From the NCBI GenBank assembly GCA_030704615.1, contig CM060733.1:12586001-12650000 (forward strand): 64,000 nt of DNA, read 5' to 3'. The translations under genes and the position numbers were made by a program. Shown here piece after piece: positions 1 to 14,300 of the stretch (position 1 is its first letter; each line of letters starts with the position of its first letter). Source of the DNA: Takakia lepidozioides (taxonomy: Eukaryota > Plantae > Bryophyta). The notes under the pieces are model-generated. The model did no database searches. It worked only from the letters and a program-made list of their open reading frames with translations, and was not told where the DNA came from.

Positions 1-965
1 GGTCCATGGTGACATTGTCAAAGTTGAAATTGTACCAGATGCCATTCTGAACACTGCCCTGGTGGACATGTATGGACTTCAGCTCCTATGATTCCCTGTG
101 GATCAATAGCTACTAACAACCTACATGGATAGATGGTCAACTGGAAGCTGAAGCTACAACAGTAGCGGTGGAATTGACAAATCAGGCACTGCTAATGAAG
201 GCACCTTCTTCAACACATTTCACCCTGTTTTTCCTTCTTATCATAATCGACCTAAGTTTCCATGTTGAATTTTGCATGTTAGTTGGTTGAGTGAACCAGT
301 TTGGAGTGACTTTGACATGATACTGCCAATGTGACAATAGGAAAGTATCTAGAAACAGGTAACAAAGATGAGGAGAAGCTGTGGAATGAATACTTTTCTT
401 ACCCAGTCAATGGTGGGACAATCAAGGCAAGAATGTGAATGTATGTCTGATTATAGAGAGTAGCAGATGCAGCAAGGCAAGGATGTATGCATGATTTGTG
501 CAGAGGTATGGATAGCTGAAGGAGCAGGGATAGAGTGTGGGTCCAGATTCATCCAAGAGGGCCAGAAAGAGGTCCATGGTGACATCGTCAAAGCTGGAAT
601 TGTACCGGATGTCATTCTGAGCAGTGCCTTGGAGGACATGTACGCCAAATGTGGGTGCATTAAGGATGCAAAGGGAGTTTTCAACACTATGGTTGAATGA
701 GATGTGGTGTCGAAGAACGCGATGCTTGCAGGGTATGCACAGTAGGGACGTGGTATGGAGGCTTTGGAGACCTATGATCAAATGCTGGAGGAAGGGGTGA
801 AGCCCGACCACATCACGTTTTTGTGCATTTGCAATGCATGTGCAAGCCTGGCAGCTCTGGAAAAGGGCACAAAAGTCCATGGTAACATTGTCAGAGCTGG
901 AATTGTATCAAATATAGTCATTTTGAACAACACCCTCGTGGATGTGTCCATGCGAAATGTGGGTG
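1..965 (+). pseudogene. Scrambled fragments of a PDF-motif (OSB-like) + PLS-PPR gene
   Basis: PPR P/L/S text (EVHGDIVKAGIVPDVIL..DMYAKCGCIKDAKGVFNTM; MEALETYDQMLEEGVKPDHITFLCICNACASLAALEKG) is interleaved with PDF-motif exons (YDSLWINSY..WIDGQLEA; KDEEKLWNEYFS..QWWDNQGK). Stops and frameshifts are present. Confidence 0.8.
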
Positions 966-1870
966 CACCCTATCCTGCTGATTTGTTGTTGTGCTGGAAC
1001 AGTAGCAAACATAGAACGACATTCACATTTTACATGTGTTGTTATCTTCAGTGCATATATAGTGTCATTTGCACTTTGTCAGACTATTGTTTGAGGAGCC
1101 AGATTTTGGGACTTCGGTGCTATATTGTAAATTTGATTGGCAGCAGTTTAAGAGAAGCTCTTACATCTACTGTTGTCTTTAAGTGCCTATGTTTTGTCAT
1201 TTGCATTTGCTGACTTTGTTCTTTCATATGATTCTTGCATGTGAATAAAACATTCATTTGCACAGTCATTTTTTGTCTCTTTGTTCTTCCCTTTGTTATT
1301 TTTTTTTTTCAATATTTGAATAATACTAACCCTAATCTCTACTAACCTAACAAGATAAGCATAGTCGTGGTTCTGACTGTCCAATACATTTAAAAGTTCC
1401 AAACAACCCCTCATATGATGCCATGTGTCCACATATCATCATGTCATAGTCATGATCATAACTGATATCAACATGTTGTAGTCAGGATCATGACTACAAG
1501 ACCTCCTCAACATATGCCACGTGTCCAGATATTAGCATGGTTGTAGTCAGAACGATGATTGCAGGACCACCTCATGGATATGCCACGTGGCAGATTATGG
1601 AGACGCCATACGGCGCACATCCACAAAAACTCCTGGACTTATTAAAAAGAGACATGTGTACAGTTTGCAACAGCACACTAAGTCATGTATGGTAGAAGTA
1701 CGTATGACTGCCACATGACAGTGAGATGTATCACTTGATTCATCTGACTGCAGTCATTCATGACCGACCATACTGTACTCATTGTATTCACTTGGTTTGC
1801 ACGACTTAAAGTCATTGCAGTCATATTTATGACTACGGGATAGTCATATATACTGCAATCTGATGTAGTG
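966..1870. mobile_element. Right end of a CACTA (En/Spm) element; left end not in the window
   Basis: Ends in ...CTGATGTAGTG at 1870 (reverse complement CACTACATCAG). Dense AGTCAT/ATGACT subterminal repeats at 1440-1860 resemble those at 39520-40142. Confidence 0.65.
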
Positions 1871-2775
1871 TTGGGTGGCATGACAGGGGAATAAAATGGA
1901 AGCATGTCAAGCATTCTTCAAAGGCGTCGAGGCTCCCACTTTCGTTAATCATTGTGTCCTCTCTTGCTAGGATTAGGCTCATTTATCGCTCTTCACTTTT
2001 CCGTTGCTTTCCGTTGGCTCCTCATGGTCCTTTCGTTCCTTCTCGTTTTATCTTGAGCTTTGCTCGATCTGTTCTCGCCTTCGGGATTAAGATAGGTTCT
2101 TCTCTTCACTAACTATGGTGTGTGTGCCTTATAGTTGGCCCGGGGGTTTTGATTTTCTTCCCCCTCATAATTCCATTGAAACTGCTATCAGGACCTCTCT
2201 CCTATTCAATTTTTTATTTAAAAAATAACCACTTGACATTTGCTAGTGCACACTAGTAGGGGAGTAAAATTTTCTTAACATTTATGGTGGTTTAACATTC
2301 ATAGAGATAACATTTATTTAGTAGCCGAAGATCGCACAAGGCGAATCTGGTCCATTATAGACATCCAACATACACATATAAGGGTTTGAAACCCATCTTG
2401 CCAAATCCTACATTGGCTGGACTAGAAAAAGATAGAATCCTCCATCTCTGTGCATCCACTGTGCATAAACCACCCCCTCCCCCCCCAAAAAAAACAAAAA
2501 AACAAAAAAAAAACACGGCCGGTCTACCTTCCTGATGTGGAATCAGGGACCCTAAGTGGTGAGCGGTGAGCTGGAAATCGTGAGCCCATAATGTAAATTA
2601 TACATGATTATGAGCATGGATGGGTCGTCAAAACATTAAGAAATGGGATGTATTTCCGCAGATTACTGTATAACGACCCTATGTCCAAGGATAGTTCATG
2701 TTTCCATATCATCATTCTGACTTTGATGATTAAAATCCAAACAGAAACTCGTACCCATATTTTGCAGGATCATAC

Positions 2776-3414
2776 CAGTGTTGTACTGGTATGTCCATTT
2801 TGGCATACCGGACTGGTCCTGGTAGGTCCAACGTGGCTGTTGGGTCCAACTGGTAGGGCCTAGTGTAGAGTAGGACAAGCCAAGGTATGTTATAGGATGG
2901 ATATGGGTATTTTTAATTTTGAGGTACCCTAGTCTTAGGTATGGCAAAAACTCAAATGAAATATTGGGGTAGTATGTTTAATGGTATGGTATACGCCAAA
3001 AGTCATCATACTGTATTCAAAACTGAAAATAAAATCAGATTGAGGGCAACATAAAAAAAAAAAATTGCAATCACACATGCCCATGCAAACTAATTTGTAT
3101 TGCTCATAAGCTGGATGCCATGACAAAAACTGAAGAAATCCTGCATATTGTACCTTGTACGCCATACCTTCTACCCCTCCCCCCCCCCTCCCCCCCCCCC
3201 CCCCCCCCCCGAGTATTGTTCCCAATCACAGTATTGCTCCGCCAGCTACTGTGACTGGTATGGTATCAGTTTGGGTATGTCTGGAACCCTAAACCCTAAG
3301 TTCTACATATACCCGGGGTATAGGTTGCATGACATACCAGCCGGGTTGGTTCTGGCATACCCTTACCTATACTCTTGCACATACCGCCGACTGGCCCATA
3401 CCAGTACAACACTG
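2776..3414. mobile_element. Non-autonomous hAT-type MITE
   Basis: Perfect 18-bp TIR CAGTGTTGTACTGGTATG / CATACCAGTACAACACTG. Flanking 8-mers GATCATAC / GATCAGGC match 6/8 (decayed TSD). Confidence 0.75.
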
Positions 3415-3744
3415 GATCAGGCAGTGGACCAGAAAGACTAAATATTATTTTATTTAATTTTAAAATATCATTTTATCTCATTACAATAAAATATTATCTA
3501 GGATATTTAAACTGATATGAAGGTATAAACATATCTATGAAAATATATATTCAGATTTAAAACTGATATCAATATATATTATTCCAAAATAAATCCTATT
3601 TTTATTATTATATCATTCACTCATTGTTTATGAAAAGAAATTATGAAATTTTACTATATTTATAAAATAAAAGTCGGCTTTCAGATTTGGCCCAAGAGAA
3701 ATTATGGAATTTTATTTTATTTTATTTTATAAAAACGGGTGGGG

Positions 3745-4325
3745 CTGTTTTGTAGAAATAAATAAATAAAATAAATAAAAACAAAAACACTGTTGTCTGG
3801 TATGCGTAATATGAGGGCCATTGTCCCCTGTTTTGTATAAAATAATAATAATAATAATAAAACATTGTTGTCTGGTATGCGTCAAATGTGAGGGCCATTG
3901 GCCTGTTTTATAGAAATAATAATAAAAAACAGAAAAAAAAACATTGCTTTCTACTATGCGCCGGCAGATACGATATGAGGGCCATTGCCCCCTGTTTTGT
4001 TATTATTTAAAATAAGTTTTTATAAAAAAACACTGTTGTTTGAGATACATTTCGACTGCATGAAACCTGTATGCCCGCTTATACCCAGAATGAACACACC
4101 AAAGAAACTATTGTCTGAGATTCATTTTTTCATGAAAACTTGTATGCGCCTACTTATACCCGAAATGAAGATACTGATGTTTGATACTACAACCTCCCTA
4201 AAATTATATGTGCCTGCACATACCCTAGACGAAGGCATTTCGAACTGTATGCGCCTGTGCATACACTAAATGGTCAACTCCCAGTTTTCTTTAAAATGTT
4301 CATCTTCAATCCTATGCGCCTATTC
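3745..4325. repeat. Degenerate tandem repeats (about 80-bp unit x3-4, then a TGTATGCGCCT-like motif x4-5)
   Basis: Recurring CTGTTTT(G)TA..AAATAA..AACA(C/T)TGTTGTCTGGTATGCG..TGAGGGCCATTG units. Confidence 0.6.
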
Positions 4326-5819
4326 CACAAGCAAAACATCCTTTCGGGGCAGTATCATTTCCATCTCGCATATTGGGACCTTATCGCATGTAGAATGCTC
4401 TAACTCATTTCATTGAGATGGTCATGGCCTCCTCCATTGAGCAACATCCTGCCCTTGTAGGAATTGTTTGCAATCATCTAAAGGTGCACGGTTGTAGTTA
4501 GACCTCTTATGTCACTCAAAAAACGTCCGTGGGAATAGGGGGTTCTTATGTCGTAAGGCTACACGGTTATAGGTCTTCCGGTATTCAATATGTAATCCGT
4601 GAGAATATGGGGTTTTCTCATTCGCGAGCCTATGCTCACGAATACAATCTCACAGCTCTCAAACTCACACATCTAGGCTCATGGAATAGCATTCCTGATG
4701 TGAAATCCACCCCACAACTTTCAGGCTGAAATCAACTTCTTTCCCTAAATCTTACAACGAAAGTGGACTTTTTAAATCCATAAGCAGCTCAGCAATGAGC
4801 ATTCACTGTTAATAGAAGTACTGGAAAAACACGATTATGATCTATTTCCAGTCGGGGTTAGTGGCAGCTCGAAGGCCAAATATTATTACTCAGAGATGGA
4901 AGATTTGTCCTTTGGTTAGAAACCGAAATTCATGTTTGTACTCTACATCAAGATCAGACGAAACTAAGAAGCATCAATTATGGTCTCATCTAGAAATAGA
5001 TAGACTCGGTAGACATACACTTGCAGCTAGTTCTTAGTGGAGTTCTTCATTAAAGTACCTCTCTGGGACCTCAATACCCAACTGCCAACAAACAGGAGGG
5101 TATAGGTCCTGTGATCAATGAGCATTACTGTCCTTGCACATGTCACGTGTCTCAACGCCAGGGCAGGCACCATGAACCCCATGGACCCCATGGAAGTGAC
5201 AATAAATGTGGAAATTTGACATACAATAACAAAATGGGAGATTGGCATGCATTGGCCTTTATATTCCTGTCACCTATCTCGTCACTAGGGCCAACTCTTG
5301 GAATCTTTGCAAAATCCCCAGAAATGCACCAAAGCTCCATTGCTGATTTCCAAACAAGTCGTTACACTGAATGAGTGACCCATACTACAAGTCCTCAATG
5401 GCTATGTTGCCTTTCTTTCACGCACTCCCTCGAAGATTATGCATGAACAACTTAGGTGTGGGCAAGAAAGCCTTTCATTGCCAAAACATTCTGTATGAGA
5501 TACCAAGCATCATAGACAAGAACACAATGTACTCATGCTGTTCCCTGGAACGTTGGCTTGCCACAGCCTTGTGGCATTGACCCCAGGGGAAACGAACCCT
5601 CCCGGAGCCTTTTGTGGGTGGCCACCAGGGTTTAGCTTATCCCGACAGCTCAGTTGCAGGTGTAGCCTTATTTTCCAACCATCATTAACGTGCTCACAGA
5701 GGCAATTGTCCGCATGCAAACTCGACAGCCTGGGCATGGGAAGCTCAAAGGAGCTTATGGGACAAAGTGGGGGCTCAACAAGCAGCCGAAAAACAACTAT
5801 TCATCAACAGATCCATTAA

Positions 5820-6075
5820 GATGTAAAGCCTTATACAGATATGCTACCAAGCATTTCTGATACTTGTAATGGAAGACCAAGAAGAGGCAATAATATCATC
5901 CCCAGATCTCATAGTCGAGACAATGTGAAAGAAGAAATATTCTTCCGTCTCAATCTCCCCTCCGTCATTTCCAGTGCAAGCCGGACACAAGTGGTCAGCA
6001 TTCTCCAGGTTGTCCCATCTACCATTCTCTATCTGCAGGCTGTGTGTGTCCAAGTTGAACCTTACCAATGCTCGT
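5820..6075 (-). mobile_element. LINE 3' fragment (C-terminal zinc-knuckle region)
   Basis: Minus strand reads QIENGRWDNLENADHLCPACTGNDGGEIETEEYFFFH, homologous to the LINE copies at 10530-14100. Confidence 0.65.
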
Positions 6076-8357
6076 AGAAGAGATGGAGACAGAGTAATTT
6101 GGCTGTAAGATTTCTCATCATGGAGGACTATGAAGGTAGCGAGATGGAACTGCAGCTTTAATGAGAAATCTTAGAGGAACAAGATTTTTCATCATGGAGA
6201 ACTTCTGTCTAATAAGCTTGTGGCAGTCATCTTTGGAAAGATATTTCCAGACCACATGGCATTAGGGATGCAACAGAGGGATGTCACTCAAAGAAATCGG
6301 AGACCTGAGCATATCAACAGGTCTTGAAACCAGCTGCTTTGGCTTACAGTTCAAATTGTCTGCAAGAAAATTCAGCGTATCCAATCTGAGATGATGTTGT
6401 ACCTTTAGCCCCAAGTTTTTCTCCTAAGGGTTGCAGATTTTCTCCCACCAAAAATCCAGTACCCCAGGACCTAGAACTAGCAGCTGGTTATAGTTGTAAC
6501 GTCAAAGAAAGAGAAAAAGAGAGACATCATGAAACTTGAAAACTTTCAGCAAATTTGAACTATGTAACAGACCACAAGGTGATACCCCTAGCCTTTCCCT
6601 TTCCCCATCTCTGAACAAAGAGGTTCTGCTGAGGTTCAGCCCCTGCACTTATGCTGATAAATTCCTGCCAAAAGAAGTTGAACCAATTCAGTTCCTCAAT
6701 TGAACATTCCGCCTCCCCAACATGCACTGAAGTAAATGAAGGTTTAAGTAGACCTTTAGGAGTCATATTAAGAGAAAATGCGAAACCTACAGATTGCAGG
6801 ATTCAATGGCCTGCTCGTACGATTTCATAATTTGAGGCTTGCATCTCCACCAATTGGGATTTGATGGAGGTTGCATCCGGAGCTACCAAAGGAGTAATAT
6901 TAGGAGAAACTGCGAAACCTACAGATTGGACAGGGGTCGGTGGCCTGCTTCGTACGATTGCATACTTGACGTTTGCATTTGATGGAGGTTGCTAGGCACC
7001 ACATCCGGAGGTCCCACAGTCTTGAATCAATATGCAGATAAACGTTGAGAAACTAATCCAAATTATAAACAAAAGTAGATGAAAAGTTGATTCTTGAGTG
7101 TGAGACAGACGTTGGGGAGAGAATCTGAAACTATGCACCACACAAACCCTAGAGATTCAACCAAGTTCTCTGTCATAACCAGAAATGACAACATTTTGGT
7201 AGAAGAGTATGAGACGTGATTGATTGAAATAATGTGAAATCAATCAAGCATACTTCACAATACCAGACGGCACCATACACAATGAAACGATCTTCACACA
7301 GAACCCCAAACAAACGCAAACATGAGCACCCTAGTGGGAGGACGTACCCAATGGTGAGAGTGGTCCAGAAGAGCAACGACATTTTGCCGTAGCTCCGTCG
7401 GTAACTTCTCCATCAGTGTGGCCCTTCCGCTCACACAACCATTGTAGATCACAAGTGAGCACTTTTCTCTCTCTCTCTCTCCCCCTCTCTATATGTAGGT
7501 GGTGGTTTCTTTGCAGAGGGGGCCGTTAGAAGGACGAAGTATAGCGCACTAATATCGCTGGGTTGGTTAGTTCTTTGGCGCTCTATTTGAATAACGTAAT
7601 GATGTTTTGTGTGTTGTCCTATACATGCCCGAACCATGGTTAGGAGGAAAAACCCATTGATTAAGAGTTGATCGCTTAGCTAGAGTTAGGTTACGTGAGA
7701 GTGCCACAGAGAGAAGAGAAGATCTGAGGAAGCAAATGAGAGCAGTCTCGCAACCGCCCCTCTGTCACAGTCTCATGACATGGGCAGCCAACTACTACCA
7801 TCGTCTTCTGATCCAATCGGCGGAAGCAGACCTTCCCCTGCAGGTTCAATCCTCAATCCTCTCAGAGGCGCTCAAATACCTTCATGGGTTTCCATGGAAT
7901 CCTGGGCAGTCGTGTTGCCTTCAGATGGGTACTGAACCCACCATCTGGTGCATATTCCGGAGAGCCGCAAATGGGTTGGTGCTGCAAACTGGGCTGGAAG
8001 GGATTGCTCAGATGGGTCCTAAGAAATTAAAGTAATTTCTTGGAGTTTAGCCCTGGAATCGAGGTCTCTTGGGTCAGCTTGGAAAGAATCTGAAGGGCAG
8101 ATCCAAGTTATCCCATGCTCCATAAGGAAAGCTCCTTCGAAATTCGTCGGCATGGAACACGTGTGTAATTCCTCAGGTTGGAACAACTATACCTTTCTGT
8201 GAGGACTTGTCGAGCAGAGACTTGAGTGTGATAAAATGGCTTGGAAACCTAGGCGCTGTATTCTGGCTCGAAGGAAAACTCAACGGTATTGAGAAGGAAA
8301 CAGAAGAAACAAACCACGAGAGAGAAGAAAAGGGAGTTGTGCAGAGGGAAAGACACC

Positions 8358-11300
8358 ATGGCCACGACGAGGGCGATTCTACAGGTGCTCGAGAACTACC
8401 AAAAAGCTCGTATCGTGTTTGTACAGACTTGTGCGGAGCTTGCTACAAAGCCCCAGGTTGGCATTCAATCATTTTTTACCCCTTTCTAGTTACCACACAT
8501 TTGAGATCTCCTTCAGAATATCATCAAATTCTTCTATTTACGATGCTCTAGGCCTCAAAGAATGTGATGCAGCTGCATTCATTGGCACGGGATCCTTCCA
8601 TCGAAAGGGTAGCAACTTAACACTAAACTTGACACTATTGTGAGTGAAAACCCTCATAGTATGAGACTGAAATACCATCACTCTACATGATTCTACATGG
8701 AAACGGAGATACGTGACTTTCCTAAATCACATTTATTGCCACCAGGCACAAGGCATTCACTCACTTGACTTCATGGAAGGTATCTTCTTCGGGTAAACCC
8801 CTGAACCTGTGTAAGTTTTGTTGAGAGATCCTCACGCCATGAGTGCAACACGTCAACAGCAGAAATAAGCTCCTAGTTGTACCGACTTTGTCTAAAATCA
8901 TTCCTCTTTCTCCCTCAAAAAATGTGGGTAATTTTTCCAACTTGGCATTACTAGCACAGGTTTCACTGGGACTCAGGGCATCTATGGTGAATAACTCGAG
9001 AATATGAGAGTTATAGATAGCTGCCTGTCATAGACAGAAACTTCATGGCCTTAAAACAGTGCCCAAAGACTGTCCTGTCCTTATTACATCCCCAAGAGGA
9101 GAAAGATTCTACAAAATACTAGTTGGATCATGATTGTTAAGCCACCAGGGTGTGAAAGTCAGCCAGAGATATGTTAATATGGGTGCACAGTTGACGACAA
9201 TCTGGTCACAGAGGATTGAGAGGATTGAGTGTTGTTTACATGGCTGGCATTGACCTGATACAAAAAAAATACAGGTAAATTGAGACCTCTACCTGAGCAC
9301 AGATGGGGCACATGTTGTTGAGATTCTAAAGTTGAAGGACCAGAGGGAAAATAAGAGAGCTGAGCGAAAGAAGACAAGAGAATTAGTATACATAAGCTGG
9401 TCTTTGAATCTGACGATACACGTGCAGAATGTGGAGGTGCTGCATAATGCAGGGGCAATGCAGCTGCTACGGCCACTGTTGCTCGACTGTGTGCCTAACA
9501 TCCAGCAAACAGCATCCTTGAGCCTAAGCCGGCTAGCCAGCTACAGCGAGGAACTTGCTGAAGCCATTGTGCATGAGGGCATCCTTGTTCAGCTTGTCTA
9601 CTCCCTCAAGTATGACGCTCTCCTGTTGCTTGCCATTGCTGGTTCTAGCCTGTAAGGTGTATTGTAAGAGTGCTATGGAGGCAGGAGGGAAAAATTCATG
9701 AAGTTATGCACCTGATTATTGTGTTGTTGGAATTTGGGTCTGCAGGGAGCAGAACAGATATAATAAAAAAGCAGCTGCGGGAGTGATGAGGGCCATAGCT
9801 AAGCATTCAGCACCTCTGTCCCAAGCTATTGTGGATTCAGCAGCAATCCAACCTCTAATTCGATGCCTGGAAGAGTTTGACCCAGCAGTCAAGGAAGTTG
9901 CTGCTGGTGCCCTAGGCCACATCGCACGTCACACCCCACAGCTTGCTCAGGCAATTGTTGATGCTGGTGCTGTCAGCCTACTTGTGCTTGCAGTCCAGGT
10001 ACAATTATCGCTACCTCATTTAGTTGTTGTCTTTTAAAAGGTAGGTGCAGCAGTCTTACTCCTCCTTGATTTGTGGCAATCAATCCATTGGATTGGGTGG
10101 ATCTAAATCATGTAGTATTACCCTGAGGTGCAATATGGAGAAGGGAATAATCAGATCTTGAAAAGTTACTACTCACCTCCACAGTGAGAAATGACGTGAA
10201 CTGATACTTCATAACGTCCACGGAAATCTCAAAGAGCTTACGGGACAAGAGAAAGTATTAAACAAGAAAGAGAGAGAGGGACCCTCCACAACAGCCAAAA
10301 ACAACTATTGTTCAAGGGATTGTCTTAAAAAGAAACTTTTTAAGATCCACAGGAAACTCCTCATGTAGATATGCTCGCTCATCTGACAATGAAAGACCTT
10401 TGTAAGGGATCGGCCGTCTTGGAAGAGGCGGTGGTGGTGGCCTCTGATTTCATAGAGGGGGACAGTCGAACCCAGGTCACAATCTCCTGTATCGTATCCT
10501 TGTCGAAAAGATTGTGAGTCTACTAAAGAAAGAAATTAAATTAAATTAAATGGTACTTTATAACGTCCGCGGGAAGCTCAAAGTGCTTGTGGGGCAAGAG
10601 GAAGAAAGAACCAAGAAGAGAGAGGGGCCACAAATAGCCCAAAAGCAACTAAAGCTCAAGGGATTGTCTAAGAGTCAATGCTTCACGAAGGTCAGCTTCC
10701 AAGCAATTCTGATCGTCATCATGGAAGACCTCCATGAGAGATTGGGTATCCCGTTATAGACAGTTGAATCTCCCGCGGATCTCATGGCAAAAAGGGCAGT
10801 GAAAGAAATGTTCTTCACTTCCAATTTCCCTGCACTTCCCAATGTGAGTGGGACATAGTCGGATATGCGCATCCCAGTTACATTTGGGGGAAGTGTGAGG
10901 AAGGGAGTACAGGGATCTCTTCGTCACCCTATTTCCATTTGAGATCCCCTCCTCCCTCCCCACAGCCATTGAATGCCATCACTGCGCATTTACTATCATT
11001 AACTTCTAGCCTCCACAGGTCAAAGAACCTCTTTGCACAATCAATCAGCTCCTGGAGATTGGATGGAGTATCCACCAGGCCTGCGAAGTCATGCGCAAAC
11101 ATAAGAGCTGGTGTGGTGGCATCACCTACCTGTAGCCCAAACCCCTCTCTTCCCACATCTTCAAGAAGCTGATTAATGAAACATTGAAGAGCAGTGGGAA
11201 GAGGGTACAACCTTGTGCTACACCTTGATCAATATCAAAGAAGTTAGACTTCTGTCCATTGACTGTAACACAGCTTTTGATGTTCGCATACAGGTTGTGG

Positions 11301-14300
11301 ACCATCCTCCACTCCCGACCCCAGAAGACCAAAGCTGGAGCCACAGCCCGTCACGTTATACTCTTTCATAAGCCTTTTTGACATCCAGGAAGAAGACAAA
11401 AGTGTGCTTTCCCTCTTCTAGACTCCAGATCAACCTTCAGATGAGTGCTTATAACTCTACAAAATAGCTTGCCAACTGCGCTAAGAAGCGTGATACTGCG
11501 ATAGTTTCCAGGCTCTTCTCTGTTGCTTTCTTATACAGGTTGACAATGACACCCTGTCTCCAATGAAAGGAAATCATTCAGTCTGCCAAATAAGGTTAGA
11601 GAGAAGGGGAGAGGGCCACCGTAGGGTCACCACCATACTTAATTAGCTCATTGACAGTGCCATCAAGTCCCCCTGCTTTATAGCTGCTGAGATGCTGTAC
11701 AGCTTCCATGACCTCAGAAGAACTAATGGGTGCATTGTAACCCTTTTGAGATATACTCCAGTTCATCAGTGCAGACTTGGAGTATAGGAACAGGTGTTTC
11801 TACTGTCCTTCCGTTCTTTAGAGGGCCCCTCACTATTAGAGTTAGATTCACGGCCAAGAAGGCTGTAGTGTGTTTCAAAGGTTTTGATGATGTAAACCGT
11901 TGAAGTCACCAACCTTCACCGGCCGTGATGTATGTAAGTGGGTCCACTGCCCAACCTCGGTGTCTGAGGGCAAATATAGCATAGCATATCTTTCACGTTT
12001 AGATAGTATGGCTTATGCCGGGTATCGATCATGGCAGAACGTGAATTTGATGAGGTGGATGGTGAGATCCTAGGTGGGGGCTAGTGGTGGTGGCGCGGAG
12101 ATGGGTAGGCCGTGAGCTAGAAAAATGTCTGGACCGAGGCGCGCGGGACAAGAGCAAAGGGGTTGTTGGACAAGAGCAAGGGAGAAGCCATGATGGGGGA
12201 TGGTGTGGCTAGGAGGTCGACCTTGGTATGTGGCAGCGTTTATAAAGGTGAACCATCTTGTTTTCTGGTGTTGTAGGAGTAGTTTGTGGAGGTGCCAAAT
12301 TGCTTGGTTATGTCTAGTTATGCACATACCATGTATGACGGGGTGTGTGCATTTGCTTAGCAGATGTGGCCATGTGTCCTTGGCAGGGCATAATGAAAGC
12401 GTAGGGTTTGTTTGATTTGGGCAGTTGTGGCTGTGTTGGTGGTCCAGAAGAGAGATTGTGGTCTACTATATTAGAAAGCGTCCGTTTTTGGATGTGGGTT
12501 TTAGTGTGTGCCAAGGATTCGGCTGCTTGTAGTTGAGCTTTTTGGTTAAGGAATCTATCAAGATTTCGGACTGGGCGGGCTTCCTACCATAGGTGGATAG
12601 CCAGAAAGGGTAGGTGTGCACGAGGTGGATAAGGTCATTCGTAGGATCAATAGGTGGAAGGGCAGCTCCCCCGTATGCCAGTAGATCTGCCGCCTCATGT
12701 CCAATGATGACAGTGTGTGATCTAACTTTGAGGAAATGCATGTGTTGTTTTAAGGCTGTTGGGTTGTTGATGATAGCTAAGATCAATAACTCGTAAGGAT
12801 GGTTGTCATGCGAGGAGGGGCTAACAATGTGGTTCCAAAGGAGAAATAATGAGGTTAAGCTAGATGTGAAGATATAGTATCGAGGTTGGGAAGGGTTTTG
12901 ACCATTTTATAATGGCCATGAGTTCGGCTCGTAGTATGGTGGGAGGGTTGGGTAAATGGTGAATAAAATGGTGCTTCATAAAGGCCGCGGAAAGCTGAAG
13001 AGCTTTTAGGACAAGAGAAAGCATGAAACAAGAAAGAGAGAGGGACCCTCCACAAGTAGCTCAAAAACAACTATTGTTCAATGGATTTTCTTAGCGTCAA
13101 CATCTTCTGCAGATATGTCGTTATGCATTTTCTGATCTTTGTAATGGAAGACGTCTGTGAGAGATTGGGTATCTCGGAATATATATGATAGAATCCCCAC
13201 GAATCTCATAGTAGAGAGGACAGTGTGTTCTTCACTTTCGATTTCCCTGTTCTTTCAAGCGGGGCAAGTGGGGCATGCGGTCCTCACATTGCAGGTTGTC
13301 CAGCCTACCACCTCTATCCACAGACTGTGGGAAGATTCTATCATTATAAACGACGAAGAATGTCTTCCAATAGAACTGCAGTTTTGTTGTAAGATTGGCT
13401 GGTTTCCAAGTCGCCTGACATGAAACTCATCCAGATCGTGTGGTCCTGCTTGGATGAAATTTCCATCCCCTCCATATTTGTGGCAGTAGGGAAGCAACAG
13501 AGAGTGCCTGGCGGCCAATAAAGTTGAAGACCTGAACTTATCAGGAGGTCGAAGTCAGCGTGTTTGAGTCCGATGAAGGTTGCGAGGGCTCAGGCTGTTA
13601 GCCATTTCGGTGCAAGGGCTTGCAACTTTGTAACAAAAATTGTAAGCTGGAAAAGCGCTGCACATAAACTTTTTGATGGTGAAATGAAAATGAAATGAAA
13701 TGGTACTTCATAATGTCCGCGGGAAGCTCAAAGAGCTTGTGGGACAAATGAAAAAAAACAAGAGTGGAAACAAAACCAGAGCCAAAAAACAGCCCAAAAG
13801 CAACTACTGCTCAAGGGATTGTCTAAGGGTGAAGGCTTCTTGCAGGTAAGCTGCCAAGCATTTCTGATCCTCATAGTGGAAGACTTCAGTGAGAGATTGA
13901 GTTCCATGGAATAGACAGTGGAATCTCCCCACAGATCTCATAATATAGAGTTCAATAAAAGAAGAAGTGTTCTTCAGTTTCAATTTCCTGGTTGCGCCCG
14001 GTGCAAGCTGGGCATAGGCGGTCCTCCCGTTGCAGGTTTTCCCATCTACCAGTCTCTATCCGTAGGTTGTGGGAGCCCACCCTGAACCGCCCCAATGCCC
14101 TCAGGAGGGAAGGAGATAAAGGCGCATGAAAGAAAAAAATGCAATGAACTGAAGTGGTACTTCATAAAGAAACAAAGAAAGAAAGAAAGGAAAGGAACAG
14201 ACTTTATAACATCCTGAGAAGCTCAAAGAGCTTATCGGGCAAAAGAAAGGATGATCCAAGAAAGAATTGGGGCCTTCAACAAGCAGCCCAGAAGCCCCAC

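Noticed and set aside
3745-4325. Repeat-spacer pattern resembling a CRISPR array
   Set aside because: The units are degenerate, the 'spacers' are similar A-rich tracts, there are no cas genes and the context is eukaryotic.
4830-8300. Possible pseudogene or divergent gene upstream of SPAG6
   Set aside because: No consistent frame or motif apart from the LINE fragment, the short repeat at 5568 and a ~135-bp tandem duplication at 6770-7000.
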